In this document: piece by piece, positions 1 to 13,234 of the stretch
Position numbering within the stretch: position 1 is the stretch's first letter
Layout of the letters: each line of letters starts with the position of its first letter
Origin: Lingula anatina
Taxonomy: Eukaryota; Animalia; Brachiopoda
Reading direction: 5' to 3'
NCBI GenBank assembly: GCA_051362555.1
Contig: CM120642.1
Location: 30,504,001 to 30,568,000, forward strand
DNA: 64,000 bases
Program-made: the position numbers and the translations under genes
Notes under the pieces: model-generated
Told to the model about the DNA's origin: nothing
The model's database searches: none
What the model saw: the letters and a program-made list of their open reading frames with translations, nothing else

Positions 1-125
1 ACCATTATCCCATGAAGTCGCAGGCAATATCTTATGTGGAGATGAAGTCGCAATTTATCCTATGAAGTCGATTTGACAGTAAAATCAGAGCATTTATCCC
101 ATGAAGTGGTAATATACCATGAAGT
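1..125. repeat. Short degenerate tandem repeat (ttatcccatgaagtcg-like unit)
   Basis: Motif recurs about 5 times (atgaagt at ~12, ~42, ~62, ~101, ~119). Confidence 0.5.
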
Positions 126-143
126 ATCTTAACAAACGTCTAT

Positions 144-2507
144 TTAATTTTCAGCAATGGTCTTTGCGATCCAATCAAGGTAAGCACTAACGCGTGTAAA
201 AACGCCAGGTACTTGTCCCGGAGATCGAGCGCTGGAGAATGACGCAATGCCGACTTGAATCCATTTGTCTTGCCTTTTGCACACAAGTGGTCCACCGCTA
301 TCCCCCTAGATAAATTAAAAAAAAAACATATATGTCGGCCAATATTTCCAAATTCAACAATTTCATCTACACGAACATTACTAAAGATTGTCACAGCTGA
401 CAGCAATCACCTATGGTTCAGAGACATGGACGGTGAATGCATCCATTGGACCAAGCTACAAGTAACACAGAGAAAGATGGAAAGAAGTGTGTTAAACATC
501 AGGATAAGAGATAGGATGACCATTAAATAGATAAGAGAACAGACCAAAGTGAAGAGTGTGCTTCTTACAATTAAAGAAATGAAATGGAGATGGGCAGAAT
601 ATATCAGTAGAATCAAAGATGACAGATGGACAGTAAGACTGACAAAATGGACACCAAGATACGGACATAGGAAACAAGGGAAGCCTCGTAAGAGATGGAA
701 GGATGAATTAGAACAGTACTGGAAAAAAACAAACTGGAAGTGTGAATCCTAAGACAGAATACACTGGAGGAAGTATCCTGAGGCCTTTGTCTAACAGTGG
801 AACACTTTTGGCTTTAAATGAGGAAGATGATGATGATGATGATGATAAAAGATTGCCACATCAAACGTGAATGGAGTACCACCTGTGTTTCTGTTGGTAA
901 CCTTGATCATACTCACAGGGCACAAGCCTTTGGCCGCCAAATTGTAGCCGGCACAGAGGCGGGTGTCGCGGCGAACGTTCCAAAACCGTCTACACTCCCT
1001 GTCCGACAGTTTGGGTAGAGACAGCTCCATGGCATGATCGGACACCGTGGCACCTGTAATGTACACAGGAATTCGTGTTTTATACTTGCTTGTGCCCCAA
1101 TATACATATATTATTAAAAACGATTACGAAATCTTGAGATATTGCAAAGACGTGTACATTGTGATTTCCGGTGCACCCAATTTACATGTATCAGATGTTT
1201 GTAATATAACGAAAGAACAACCATGCCTTGTCTTATAATACATTCATTTATTTCATTGAATCCACACACACTGTGGTAACCGAAATTTTGGTAAGGCGAG
1301 TGGGAGCCTTAAGGAAAGAAAAATGAAAAAAGTTGACACCTTGTAGAAGATAATTTCTCACTTTCTCACGTTATCTTACCGCTGCTGGTGCAGCCCCAAC
1401 CCTTCATCACGCATTGTTGCCCGTCTTCAGGGAAAGAGACGTCCCCTTGTCGCGCTGGGAGTTCCACAGATGTGACGAATGTGGTGGTTGGGCCGACGGG
1501 GACGCTGCGTTCCAGTTTCACCAGAGCTATGTCATTCTCCCACAATGCTAGAGAAAGAAGTGCAGGGAGAAAACGATGAGATGTACATGTAGTACCATAT
1601 AGATGTGATAAAGCATTACTTGGGCTAATCTTGAATTCATCATGGTGCAAGGGCTTGTATATCTACTCATACTTTGTGTTTGAAACGGTTCAGACAGGAA
1701 CAGGGTGCTAAACCAAATTTGAGGGCGTTAATTAGGTTTAGACGGACTGCATGTTTAGGGCCCATGTATGATTGTCTTCACACGACTCACATCTTTCGTC
1801 ATAACCTGGATGAATAATAATTTTCTCCGCATCAACATTCCATTGCTGCCACTCCTGCCTGCTGAAGACACGGCCCAACACGTGCATGAAATAGTCCGAG
1901 GCCGACGGCTACAATAAACAATAGCACAGACACTTGGTTCCTATTCCATAATACCCATATTTCTTATATTTCTCTATTTTTTTATTCAGAATATCGATAA
2001 TGCACATTTACCTTTGTCCTCTCAAGGATAAGAAGACTCCGTTCACATACACAAGTGAGCTAGTCACATGTACATGTAACACACTTACAAATGCACATAG
2101 AAAGTAAAAGAAATTAACGTTTTTTCAATAGCATGCATTAAAATAATAAATAAATAAAAAGATAAATGAACAGATAAATAAAAAGGAGTTCTGTACGGAT
2201 ACATTCACAAAAGTCCATTCTCGCAATAATAAACAATACGCTGACATTTACTCGATTTACTCTTGCGTGTATATAGTATACTGCTTGAGAAGTGTACAGT
2301 CATTTTTGAATATTCAGAGAAACAGGGTTTATAAACTTACTTTGATCTTTACGGCTGCAATTCTTGCTTCCCAGGCATCGGGTTCGGTTGCTCCGTTCCT
2401 GGTTAAAAGAATATTGAACCATTGGGGATTCATAGACGATATGGGTATAAAATTCCCAAACCAATTATTAAAGCAATGTTGCAACAATTCTATGTTTTAC
2501 ACACACT

Positions 2508-2562
<55 letters not shown>

Positions 2563-2808
2563 ACTAGTACAGTACAGTACTCGTAGCCTACCTGAGATAA
2601 AAGCAGTGAGCTGCTGTCAGTATCCATCTGTCGTTCAACAGGGATCCTCCACAATAAAGCTCATATATAGTTAAGGGGATTCCGAAAAAAGTCTTCCCAG
2701 GGACATGACCCTGCAGGGAAACCAGCCAAGGCCACTTGCCGCGGTCGGAGATGGTGCGACCCCCAATCAACCGTTTAAATCTTGGCGCCTCGGCTCCATC
2801 ACTTCGTA
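144..2808 (-). CDS. Chymotrypsin-family (S1A) serine protease, multi-exon; 5' signal-peptide exon not located
   Basis: GT-AG exons 2808-2592, 2398-2341, 1908-1791, 1547-1380, 1053-917, 305-144 splice in frame: RFKR|LIGG...WPWLVSL...[18 protein letters not shown] (His)...ENDIALVKL (Asp)...GWG...LCAG...GLCP|GDSGGPLVC (Ser)...[14 protein letters not shown], stop TAA at 146-144. Confidence 0.93.
396..847 (+). mobile_element. 5'-truncated, degenerate RTE-clade LINE fragment in the last protease intron
   Basis: Translates with stops/frameshift to an RTE ORF C-terminus ([15 protein letters not shown]...[16 protein letters not shown]...[21 protein letters not shown]). Ends in a (TGA)n tail. Flanked by a probable TSD aaagattg(t/c)caca at 383-395 and 848-860. 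Confidence 0.85.
2499..2559. repeat. (CA)n/(GA)n compound microsatellite
   Basis: Seen directly in sequence. Confidence 0.95.
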
Positions 2809-3435
2809 CTGTAAACACGGAAAAGACATGATAATGAAAACCAGGCATTTCAAGCTGCAGTCCTTACTTTTAGAACAATTGCTGTGCCCTACGTTTTGAA
2901 AACGTTAATGCGTATATCTTTTTATCATTATAAACACGTTTCTGATAACGTTATGAAAATGTTTTTGATAAAATGGTTAATAGAAACATATATATAACGT
3001 TTATATAACGTTATGGTTTAACATGATCAAGGTATACTGCTTAGTATACTCCATTAGTTAACATCAATAATATTTTCATGTTAAGAATAATACATAAAAT
3101 AATATTAACTATGCACAAACAGTTTATTGTTGTTCTTATAAGTAAAACCTCCCTATATTTTTTTTATAATATTGGAAAGAAGACATGCAGCTGCAACAAA
3201 CAAGAACACTGAAATAAGTCTGTAGTCTTATCGCTTCGTCTTGATGTTTTCTGTAGGAGCCCTACGGTATAGACCCAAAATGCGTCATACTGGTCAAAAT
3301 AGGTAATCTCAGACTCTTAGACCCCATTCCCACAGATTTTAGATCGATCTATCCCTGCAACTTGTACAGAGGCGAAATGTTTTACCATAACTCCACTACA
3401 TTCCTAGCTGCAGTCATTCCGCCACGTTTTCTTAT

Positions 3436-6400
3436 TAGTAGGCTTGTTAAGAGGTCAAACGCTGCATTTTGTAGTACAAATGTCTAACTTGGCATAAATG
3501 TTCCTTGGGCCAAAAGAAAATTTTTTATCCAAAGAGACGCCCTCTATCGATACATTAATTAGCATAAATTATGCAAATTATGTGCCAAAATATATAATAT
3601 TTCATATATTTCATATATTTCATATCCATTAATTTTTGGCCTAGAAACATGTATAGATTATCAAACCTGACTAAATTAGGGACAAGGAACCCATTTTTGA
3701 TCATTTGGAAGCAATTGGTGGCCATTTTGTGCCTCAAATCCAAGATGGCCGCCACCCGCCATTTTGAAAGTGGACATAATTTTGCTATTTTATGTTGAAT
3801 TTTGAAGCGTTTGGTCTATATATATTTGATATAAATATCGATTCCTACTATTTTGGGTGTGAAAAAGTCATTTTTGATATTGTTTTGGTGATAGTAGGTG
3901 ATTTGAATGGACAAAGAGGGTGTTTTAAGTGCCTACCACATATGTGTGTACGCTGCAAAACCATGGATATTGATAACCCGTATTCAAATATATCTCAATG
4001 CAATTTTTTGTTATATACCATTGCTATTGGACTATATTATGAGCAAAAAAACCCACATTTTTACCATTATGGAGGCCATTGGTGGCCGTTTTATCCCTCA
4101 AATCCAAGATGGCCGCCAAAACCATTTTGAACATGAGCATAATTCGCTATTTTGAAACTACATGTACTACATCTTTGTAAATGAGTAATACGTCGTTTTA
4201 TATTATTTTCTGGTGCAGAATACATTATTTGTTTCTTAAAATTTGTGCCTCAAATCCAAGATGGCCCTCATACGCTATTTTCAAATTGAACATTATTCAC
4301 CATTTTGAAACTATCACACCTTCATAAGCGTGCCATACGTCATTTTTGATTATTTCCTGGAGCAGAATGCATTTTCGGTTTCATAAAATGTAAATAGAAA
4401 CTTTTATAAGCCTCCAAATAAATATAGGATTCAGTTGCTACATGGACCTGCAGTTTATATGTACAATGAGTAATCCAATTAGTACAAAAATGCTTTTGCC
4501 GATCTATAAAACAAGTGTCAGCAAACAAAATGGCTGAATTAAAGCAAAAGAATACATCTTTGACCGCATGAGGAAAATTGTTAGCCATTATTTTGATCAA
4601 AACCAAGTGATGGTTGCTTGCCGCTATTTTAATAATTTGGTGTTATTTATAATCTTTGAACTGTGGGACCCTCATTCGCTTGTATTAGGTAAAATGGCAC
4701 TATTCTTGGGCCTCAAAAGTAATTTTCCAGTGCTAATTTGGTGACAGAAGATAATAAAAAGGTAATATAAGGTTGTAAAATAAATTCCAAGATGAGTTTC
4801 GTTGAGTCTGTTACAAAAATGTGGAACCCAAACCACATGCTCAAATATATCATCTAGATTTATCTTAAGTGACCATCCACTAAAAGATACTGAATACTCA
4901 AAGGAAAGCAATAAATATATATACATAGTGGTATTATATTATTAATCTTTTACTGGTCAATGTGAACCAAAAAGCCTCATGCACATTTATGTCCCAGTCA
5001 CTGGGGCTTGCATTCGCATGTTAAATATAGCCCAGAAGATTTGAAGGGAGAAAAATGTGTCGTCTTATAATACTATGGAACTTGGTTAGTTGTGTTGATG
5101 CGTAAATGTCCGTGAAAGACAAGCAAATGGACTTTGCTTTGAAATAGCTCTAGATCTTGTCTGCAAAATCATCCAGCAGCACAGCAAAAAGAAACATGCA
5201 TGATCAGCTCTGGTAGGCCAATAAAACAACAGCTAGTAAGAATTGAGGTTTTGTCAGTGTCCTATGAGAAACAGCCAAACAATATATTAGAATCCAGTTT
5301 CCAGAGAAACATTAATGCATGAGAACATGTCGCATCAGAGGAAAGTGGTATCTTTACACAAAAGAATGAATCTGCAAAACCAACTAGAAAGCAGCAGCTG
5401 CGCAGGAAGGTAAGAGGGATAAAGCAAAGAAGTCGAGGAAGCAGCCTCTTTTCCTAGTTGACAGTGCCAGTGATCATTCCTAGCATGATTTGGCCAGACA
5501 AGTCATCTCACTACCAATAGAAATCCATAAGGCGACTACATAGTTCTCATTGTTTCCAATGGACGAACAAGCACAAAACATCTACAGTATATGACAACTA
5601 CAGGAATATTCATCTTGGAATCATCTTAAAACACCTTATGCCTTTTTTATTATCATCTGTCACCAGAGTAACACCAGAAATTAATTATGTACTTCCAAAA
5701 TAGTAACAATTGATGTATTACGATCATATGTAAGTCCAACAGCTCAAAAAAGGTAAATTATGCCATAAATAAACAGAGACAGGCTCTTGGATATGAACAA
5801 CAGAATAGCTAAAAGTAGTCACCATAAAGTTGAATCCACTATGCTGGTCTCTTGCACTTAATCTATGTCTGGCAAAACCATTTTAAAATTGTTATATAAC
5901 ATATTTTTGCACAAATTTGACTTCAAGACGTATACAAGCGAAGGTGAAGACGTAAGCCTGTATTGGTGTTGGAGCCTTTTAATATTTTCTTTTTGTATTA
6001 TATCTCAGAAGAGATAAGACACATGACTTCTACAACCCAAATGATAAGAAACGATGTATAACATGCTAGTGTAAGAGCAATAGCTTCAAATTGATGAGTT
6101 GTGCTTTATCCGTATTTCAAAATTGTGACTGGCGGCCATTTTGGATTTGAGGATCAAAATGGCTTCCAATTGTCTCCAAAGCACCAAATATGTGTTCTTT
6201 ACCTTTAATTAAGCCATTTTGGTCTCTTACACTTGTTTCAAGCTCTTTATGATTTTATAAAACATTTTGTACTAATTAGACTACATGGCACATGTAAGTC
6301 TATTTGACGACTTAAGCCTACATGCATATTCGTTTTGGAGAATAAAATAGTTTGTACTCACATTTTATGAAACAGATAATGTATTCTGCACCAGAAAATA

Positions 6401-7163
6401 ATATAAAACGACGTATTACTCATTTACAAAGATGTAATACATATAGTTTCAAAATAGCGAATTATGCTCAAGTTCAAAATGGTTTTTGGCGGCCATCTTG
6501 GATTTGAGGGATAAAACGGCCACCAATAGCCTCCATAATGATAAAAATTTGTTTTTTTGCTCATAATATAGTCCAGTAGTGATGGTATATAACAAAAAAA
6601 TCGCATTGAGATATATTTGAATACGGGTTATCAATATCCATGGTTTTGCAACGTTCACACATATCTTGGTAGGCACTTAAAACACCCTCTTTGTCCCTTC
6701 AAATCACCTACTATCACCAAAACAATATCAAAAATGACTTTTTCACCCCCAAAATAGTAGGATTCGATATATATATCAAGTATATATAGACCAAACGCTT
6801 CAAAATTCAACATAAAATAGCAAAATTATGTCCACTTTCAAAATGGCGGGTGGCGGCCATCTTGGATTTGAGGCACAAAATGGCCACCAATTGCTTCCAA
6901 ATGATCAAAAATGGGTTCCTTGTCTCTAATTTAGTCAGGTTTGATAATCTATACATGTTTCTAGGCCAAAAATTAATGGAAATATGAAATATTATATATT
7001 TTGGCACATAATTTGCATAATTTATGCTAATTAATGTATCGATAGAGGGCGTCTCTTTGGATAAAAAATTTTCTTTTGGCCCAAGGAACATTTATGCCAA
7101 GTTAGACATTTGTACTACAAAATGCAGCGTTTGGCCATTTTTTGGTTCTTAACAAGCCTACTA
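3436..7163. mobile_element. Non-autonomous DNA transposon with ~800-bp terminal inverted repeats, Academ-like
   Basis: 3436-~4235 is the reverse complement of ~6365-7163 (tagtaggcttgttaaga... / ...tcttaacaagcctacta; mirror ORFs appear in the ORF track). TAG...CTA termini, flanked by TAT on both sides (3433-3435, 7164-7166). No intact transposase ORF inside. Confidence 0.85.
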
Positions 7164-9127
7164 TATCGTGTCTCATGTAAAGACCCAATGCGTATATGAA
7201 TGAGATGTATTTCCAACGTCAGGGTCTGCAGCTTCGATTCCGTATTAATATAATTAGGCGAATAGTTTTTTTAATATCCCCATCATTAAAACTGGTCTTG
7301 AAAACTTTAAATACTTCTTTTTATAACTTTTGTGACATCTAGTATCTCATGGAGAACAATACACGAACTTTCTGTTTTAGGCCTTTTCTGCATGTGTACG
7401 AGTATCAGGACAAGAAAATAACTGTACTCCGTAATGAAACAGGGATAGGCGAACGAAAAGTTGAACAATTTAAGCAACGTGTTCTTGGTTTATCTGGATA
7501 ACAGAAAGATGTTTTGATTTAATTTACTATCCCACTCTTGAACTCATTTAGTATTAAGATCCGGGTACTAATTCACCATGGCAACAAGAGCAAAACACTC
7601 TTGGTTTATGTCAGGACACACGTTCTCCTTCACTTTATTTACAGTAGATAGTATTATTTTTATGTCGAACAGTCGACACAAATACCTTTGTCTGACACTG
7701 TTAACTTGTTATAATGCACATATAGAATGGTGTTAATTTACTTATTACCTCCAAATTGACCAAGCCTAGTTTAAGGTGGAGATATTGTGTAAATGACATG
7801 TAACCCCAAGCAAAAGAAAAAAGAACGGTTAAGTGTGGTGGTTTTACGCAAAATTCTGAGTATCGCTTTTAACAACCAATTGCAAAGGGGTCATATTGTA
7901 TATAAGTACTACCTTATTGCATATAAATAATTTTTTCGTTATTGTGCTAGTAATACAAGTATTTAAAAATGCTTAAAAACAGCATTATTGTCCTAAGCAG
8001 GTTATAGTCACTCCTGCGCATGACAGAATAAAAAGAATTCTCCGCCATAAAAAGGTATGTTTCTATCAAATCAATGTACACTGCTTCAAATGTAACGATC
8101 ATTAAATAACATAGGCCTACAGCGAATTTCCAGTTTCTTTTATTAAAAGTTGCAGAACGACACAGACAAATTTAAACTACCAAGCCTACAGGCAAAAATG
8201 AAAGGAAATTGGCTTAGTGTGTAAAGTTGGTAACTTCATCACAACACTCACCACCATCAGCTGAATACGACTGCAGCAGTGTGACCAGTACCACCCATCC
8301 TACCAACAGCTCCATTGCTTTTGACGTGTTGAATGCTCAGGACTGCTAGTAGCCAGCTGTACTGAACGGCGGCTTGGCTGGCAGCAGATCATTGGAGTAA
8401 TATGCACCATCCTGCCAGTAGCATGGAACTCGTTTCCCGTTATAATGTGGAATGCGTGAGAAGCCACGGGGTGTGCACATTATTGGGGTAAATTTCCTGT
8501 ACGTGTTAATAAAACAGGGGCACAGAATATGCTTGTGTAATATCACATTTTGATCATCCGTTTCCTCTACTTTATATATATATATATCATCTGTTTTCCA
8601 AACAAACCTCACGTAAGCCGTGTGCGTGTAGTGTTTGCGTGTGTGAGCACGCACGTGTTCGTGTGTACGTACTTGAGTGATGGTTGGTTCAGGAGCTCGA
8701 GGATACAGAATGAAAAGGAATAATACCACGACGACCCACAATAATTGTTCACAATAATTCATATTTATTCGGTAAATCATGTAACTAAAGAGAAAACAAT
8801 ATACGGTGTAAATATAGTGAACGGAGCGTTAATTGAAGGTTGACATGTCGCCTACATTACACAACTCTTCTACACAGGTGCTTGATTGCACTCATCCACT
8901 GTGGTTCTCTTCTGGAAAATCAACCATGGGCCATTTTACTTTTTAAAATTAATTCTAGTCTACAACCATACATACATCCTGTATAAGAGTTGCCTACTCT
9001 TATGCATACATACATCGAATAACTATCGTTATTTGAGTTCTACCTTAAAATATTAGTTTTCCTTTTAGCCTTCCTGGGATTTAAACAGCGTGATTAACAA
9101 TGCATCTATATTTAATTATATCTATAT

Positions 9128-12100
9128 TTAATTTTTCCAAAACTGCAGTTTCTCGCACAGTTTCTCCAGGTCAAGATCCCCACGTCGCCAGATGTGAAAA
9201 CCGACAGCCACCGCCGCCACGATTGTGCTGACACCTATTATCAATGGCAATTTTGCACGGAACATTGGAATAAGCATCATTGTGATTGGATTAAAGGCCT
9301 TTTCACACACTGATCGGTAGGTGTCACGTTTCTTTAGACGAAGGTAGTATGCTTTGGTGTTCGGTCGTCTGCCGTTTTCCCAGTAGCGATGTCTCAAACC
9401 CAGAAAGTTGAGACGCCCGAATAGAACTGCAAGGTGAATGTCTGCCACTGTCATGGCTGGGCCGCATAACCAGTAGCCACCGGCTAGTTACACATAGAAA
9501 AGTGAAAATACCCAATTTTTTAGTACTTAAACCAGTTATAACTACAAGGAGTATGCGAAGCTGAAATAAATTTGTGGTACGCAGAGATATCGACCAACAT
9601 AAAAATAGGCGAATTTCTAGTATGCCGAAACATATTTGGGAGGACTAGTCTCTTGAAATTTTCTAATTTCTAATAACTTTACAATTGATATATAATAATA
9701 ATAATAACTTTTAAGTTAAAACTGTAATAACATGTTTATCTTCAGTATCTTAAAATATTCAATCTTGGTTGTCTTTAATGTGACTTCATTTTCGAACCAA
9801 CTTTTAAAAACAGTTCCGTTTTCATTTTCTTTGTAACTTGTCACTTCACACTTGCTGTTTTTAAAACCTACCGTTATCCCGCAGGCGTAGTTCATCTTCA
9901 ATTTCATCAAAAACTTTTTCCGCCTTTTCCAAAGCTTTTTTTACTGTGGCCTCATCATTGAACCGCTTCACAAAGTTGCTCAAGAACGCTGCTTTTTTAC
10001 TGTATGCCTCCCGTAGGTCGGGGTTAGCTGCCTTTAATTTTTCAAACCCCGCACCGTATTTCCCCATTTTTGATGCTAAAATATAGAGAGATAGAGGCTG
10101 CCATTATAATAAGGCTCAGTTATCCCTGCAGTAACATGACGTCATCTTAACGCTATAACAATGTGACGTCATGTTACTGCAGAGATAATTGATCGTCAGC
10201 CACTGTATCGGTCAACACTACACATAAGAATATGCAGAGCTCTAAAGATTTGGTTTGTTTTCGCTCGATTGTACAGTGCAAAGAAATAGCTGACGTTTCA
10301 GGAAAAAAATTACAATCTGTATTCAGCGGCTGTATTATAACCATTTAAATAAAGAGTGAAAATTACCTTCTCCCAAACCCTAATGTCACATACATGAGGA
10401 TCAACATACCAATTAAACTAACAATACAAGGATCACATTGAAAATAAAATAAATTGCAAATAATAATAAATAAATAAATTGCAAGTTTCATCAAAACATT
10501 CGGGCCAAGAAGCACTGAAAATCAAAGACTCCATTCCTATAGATTTTAGATCGATCTATCCCCGTGGGGAGTCTCACTAGATTACTGTCAGCTTAGCCGG
10601 CTTAAGCGTCTGTCTTGCCTGCTAAAAGCTGTAAGGGGGTAATTAACTATGGTGCGCGCTCGGCTGACTGCAATTTAGCGTGAACCCCTAGGGAGTTAGG
10701 TCGATATAAATCTAAATCTCTGGATCGATCTAAATCTCTGGGAATGTACCCAAAGAAAGGAGCTGGACTGCTATAGGCCTTGCAAGGTTTGTAGCTGAGC
10801 TTATAGTAAAAAAGTCCGCAGGGGGTAAGATCATTACCTCTCCATCGTCCAAGCCGGGCAATGATACCCGTGATGTGACCTTCCTGTGTGTAGTGGGGAA
10901 ATATCATCATCCCAAAGGTTATTACTTCTATCTCAACGCTACTGATCAGCTCTGAGAGACGTTGAACTTTTTCTCTTTCATCGCTTCCAGTTGGCGGTAA
11001 CAACTTCGGAGACGAATCTTAAATAAAATAAAATCAAAAAAGTGATTAATCTTGTTGAAGTCGAAATAAGACATTTATTGCATTCATTCAAGAATTCACT
11101 GCAATCAATACAATACAAAACCTACGATTGTGGTTTGAACTTATATTAAAATGTTTTAGAAGAAAGGTTGAGGTTTTTCATTTGTCTATTTGATGGCTTT
11201 CATTCGCTCCAAAACTACAGGTACAAGAATAGTGGATGAGAAGATATTAAGTCAAACAGTTCGCTGGTGTGTACTTTAAAAATCAACACTGTACTTAATA
11301 AGGAGAAGAAATGAAATCTGTCATATTACACACAGTACATTTTGGCAGATTGCTCGTGTAGGCTACTTATTAAGATATAAGCTACTTAGAGACAACAATG
11401 TACTAGTAAACCAAACAAGAACTAGGGTGTAAGCAACACATAAGAGATACCCAGATTACATATCCGCCACCAAAAAGAAAATGCGTACATCAAGTCAATG
11501 AATTTACCCTCATGTCCACTAAAACATTTCTCAATTTTTATAAAATAATAAAACAGAATGCAAAACTAAGCAGTAATATCAAGAGCACGTGATTACGAAT
11601 CTAAGGAAGTGCAAATATGATTAGATAACTAACCGTAGGCCTTCTCCAGATAGTCCATTATGGCTTTAGAATCTGGAATGTATTTCCCTTGGTGCTTTAG
11701 AACGGGCACCTGGCCCTCAGGGTTGATTCTAAGGAACCATGGTTTGTATGTTTCTCCACCGGCTAAATTGATTATATTTTCGTTGAACGAAATATTCCGC
11801 TCCTTCAGATATAGTGCGACCTGCAAGGAAAACATTGATGAGCTACTTGGAAAAAAAAACAGAAAAAAGAAGAGAAAAAACAGTGTCCTTAAATGATATT
11901 TTCAAAAATTATGCATAACTGGTGGCAAAAAATTACTAAGTTCAAAGTTCAATAACTCCCACAGTTGCAATGGTATTAGGGGTATGTTAGGAAAAGAAAA
12001 AATCTTAAGGCAAACACTGCCAGGTTGGCCTATGAGATTTATGACTGGCAGACTTGACAACTTGACTAAAGATTTTGACTTTTTTTTCGGTTTGCCAAAA

Positions 12101-12740
12101 GAAAGGCAGATATTTCTCTAGTCATTCACTAGGTACGATAATGTGCATATTTCTATAGCGTGAATGTGTAGGAGAGGACAGAGTGCACCTGCATGTTGTG
12201 CACGGGCTATTTAACTTAATACAAATATTTTTGTTACATCTTGACTCTATGATATCAAAGTGACAGGAAAGAAGAAGATAGAGAAGAAGAAGAGGTAGAA
12301 CAGGAAGAAGGCGAAGAAAAGAGACAGAGAGAAGAAAAAGAAGCAAAAGAAGAAGAGAGAAGGCTGGATGAAAGGAGAGAGAGAGAGAGAGGTCAGGGTG
12401 GTGGAGGAGGTCGAGTATCCTATAATGATATAATTGGTACCGTCAGTTGACCTAGTAACCCATCTTTCATATGAAGAACGGATTTACCATAGCAAATACA
12501 TATATATAATAGTAAAAGGAATACAAAATAGTATTTTTCCTCGGACATGGGTTCCATGACACTATTCGAGAAGAAATCTAATCTGATTGTCACAGAATCT
12601 TCACTTATCGCTTAATAACATAGCAGTGTTTTTCACCGGTTAAGTGATGCACTCATGCAAAGTTAAAATAATTCATTAGTTACCTTTTGTGAGTAAAACG
12701 ATCCTGGATTGTAGAGAACTGTTAATTCGTCGTCCGCCAT
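9128..12740 (-). CDS. GDAP1: GDAP1-like glutathione-S-transferase-fold, tail-anchored protein, copy A (5 exons)
   Basis: Exons 12740-12684, 11820-11634, 11017-10838, 10075-9872, 9483-9128: MADDELTVLYNPGSFYSQK|VALYLKE...YKPWFLRINPEGQVPVLKH...DSKAIMDYLE...KAANPDLREAYSKK...WLCGPAMTVADIHLAVLFGRLNFLGL...RPNTKAYYLRLKKR, then a C-terminal TM helix. Confidence 0.88.
10117..10191. repeat. Near-perfect 28-bp inverted repeat (hairpin) in a GDAP1-A intron
   Basis: cagttatccctgcagtaacatgacgtca ... tgacgtcatgttactgcagagataattg. Confidence 0.85.
10532..10746. mobile_element. Small TIR element (MITE-like) in a GDAP1-A intron
   Basis: cattcctatagattttagatcgatct...gatcgatctaaatctctgggaatg are inverted termini. 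The same left terminus occurs at ~3326-3356. Confidence 0.55.
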
Positions 12741-13234
12741 TGTCTGCAATATGCCACTTGCTAACGTAATCTGTATTTACAAGCGATTAACTTTACTAGT
12801 CCAAAGTGACCCTGGTCTGTGTCGACGCTGAGGAATACACTAAGTAAAGGGCAAATACACGATTTGCGTGAACTCTACATATTGACCCCGTTTAGAATAA
12901 TGACCTAGATAGAAAAGTTCAACATTAAATTTAGCTTGACTTCCATTTTAATTTATAGGGCCTATGCAGTGTGTTTTGATGGTAAATATTGAATAGAAAT
13001 TCACCAAAATTATTTTTTCTGTGATGTGGAATATCTGTAGGCCTACGTCTTAATCGCCAGTGACTCTTTGTAGAATTTTTCAGATTTTCGACTGTGGCAG
13101 ATAAAAAAATCATTTGTCTTCTTTAATAATCATCTGACAAAGGACACATAAAATGACATCATTTCTTTACGTATTATGTAGGAGAGAGTCCCTGTGATAC
13201 AGGGTCGTGGTTCTTATAGATTTGTACAGGTAAG

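Noticed and set aside
1-125. Repeat-spacer-like pattern suggesting a CRISPR array
   Set aside because: Eukaryotic context, irregular short degenerate units, and no cas genes.
4950-5900. Possible transposase remnant inside the long-TIR element
   Set aside because: Purine-rich and coding-like, but full of stops; I could not identify DDE or other motifs.
3555-7091. Mirror-image ORFs (3792-4130, 3907-4155, 6424-6676, 6807-7091)
   Set aside because: They are by-products of the transposon TIRs and contain no recognisable protein motif.
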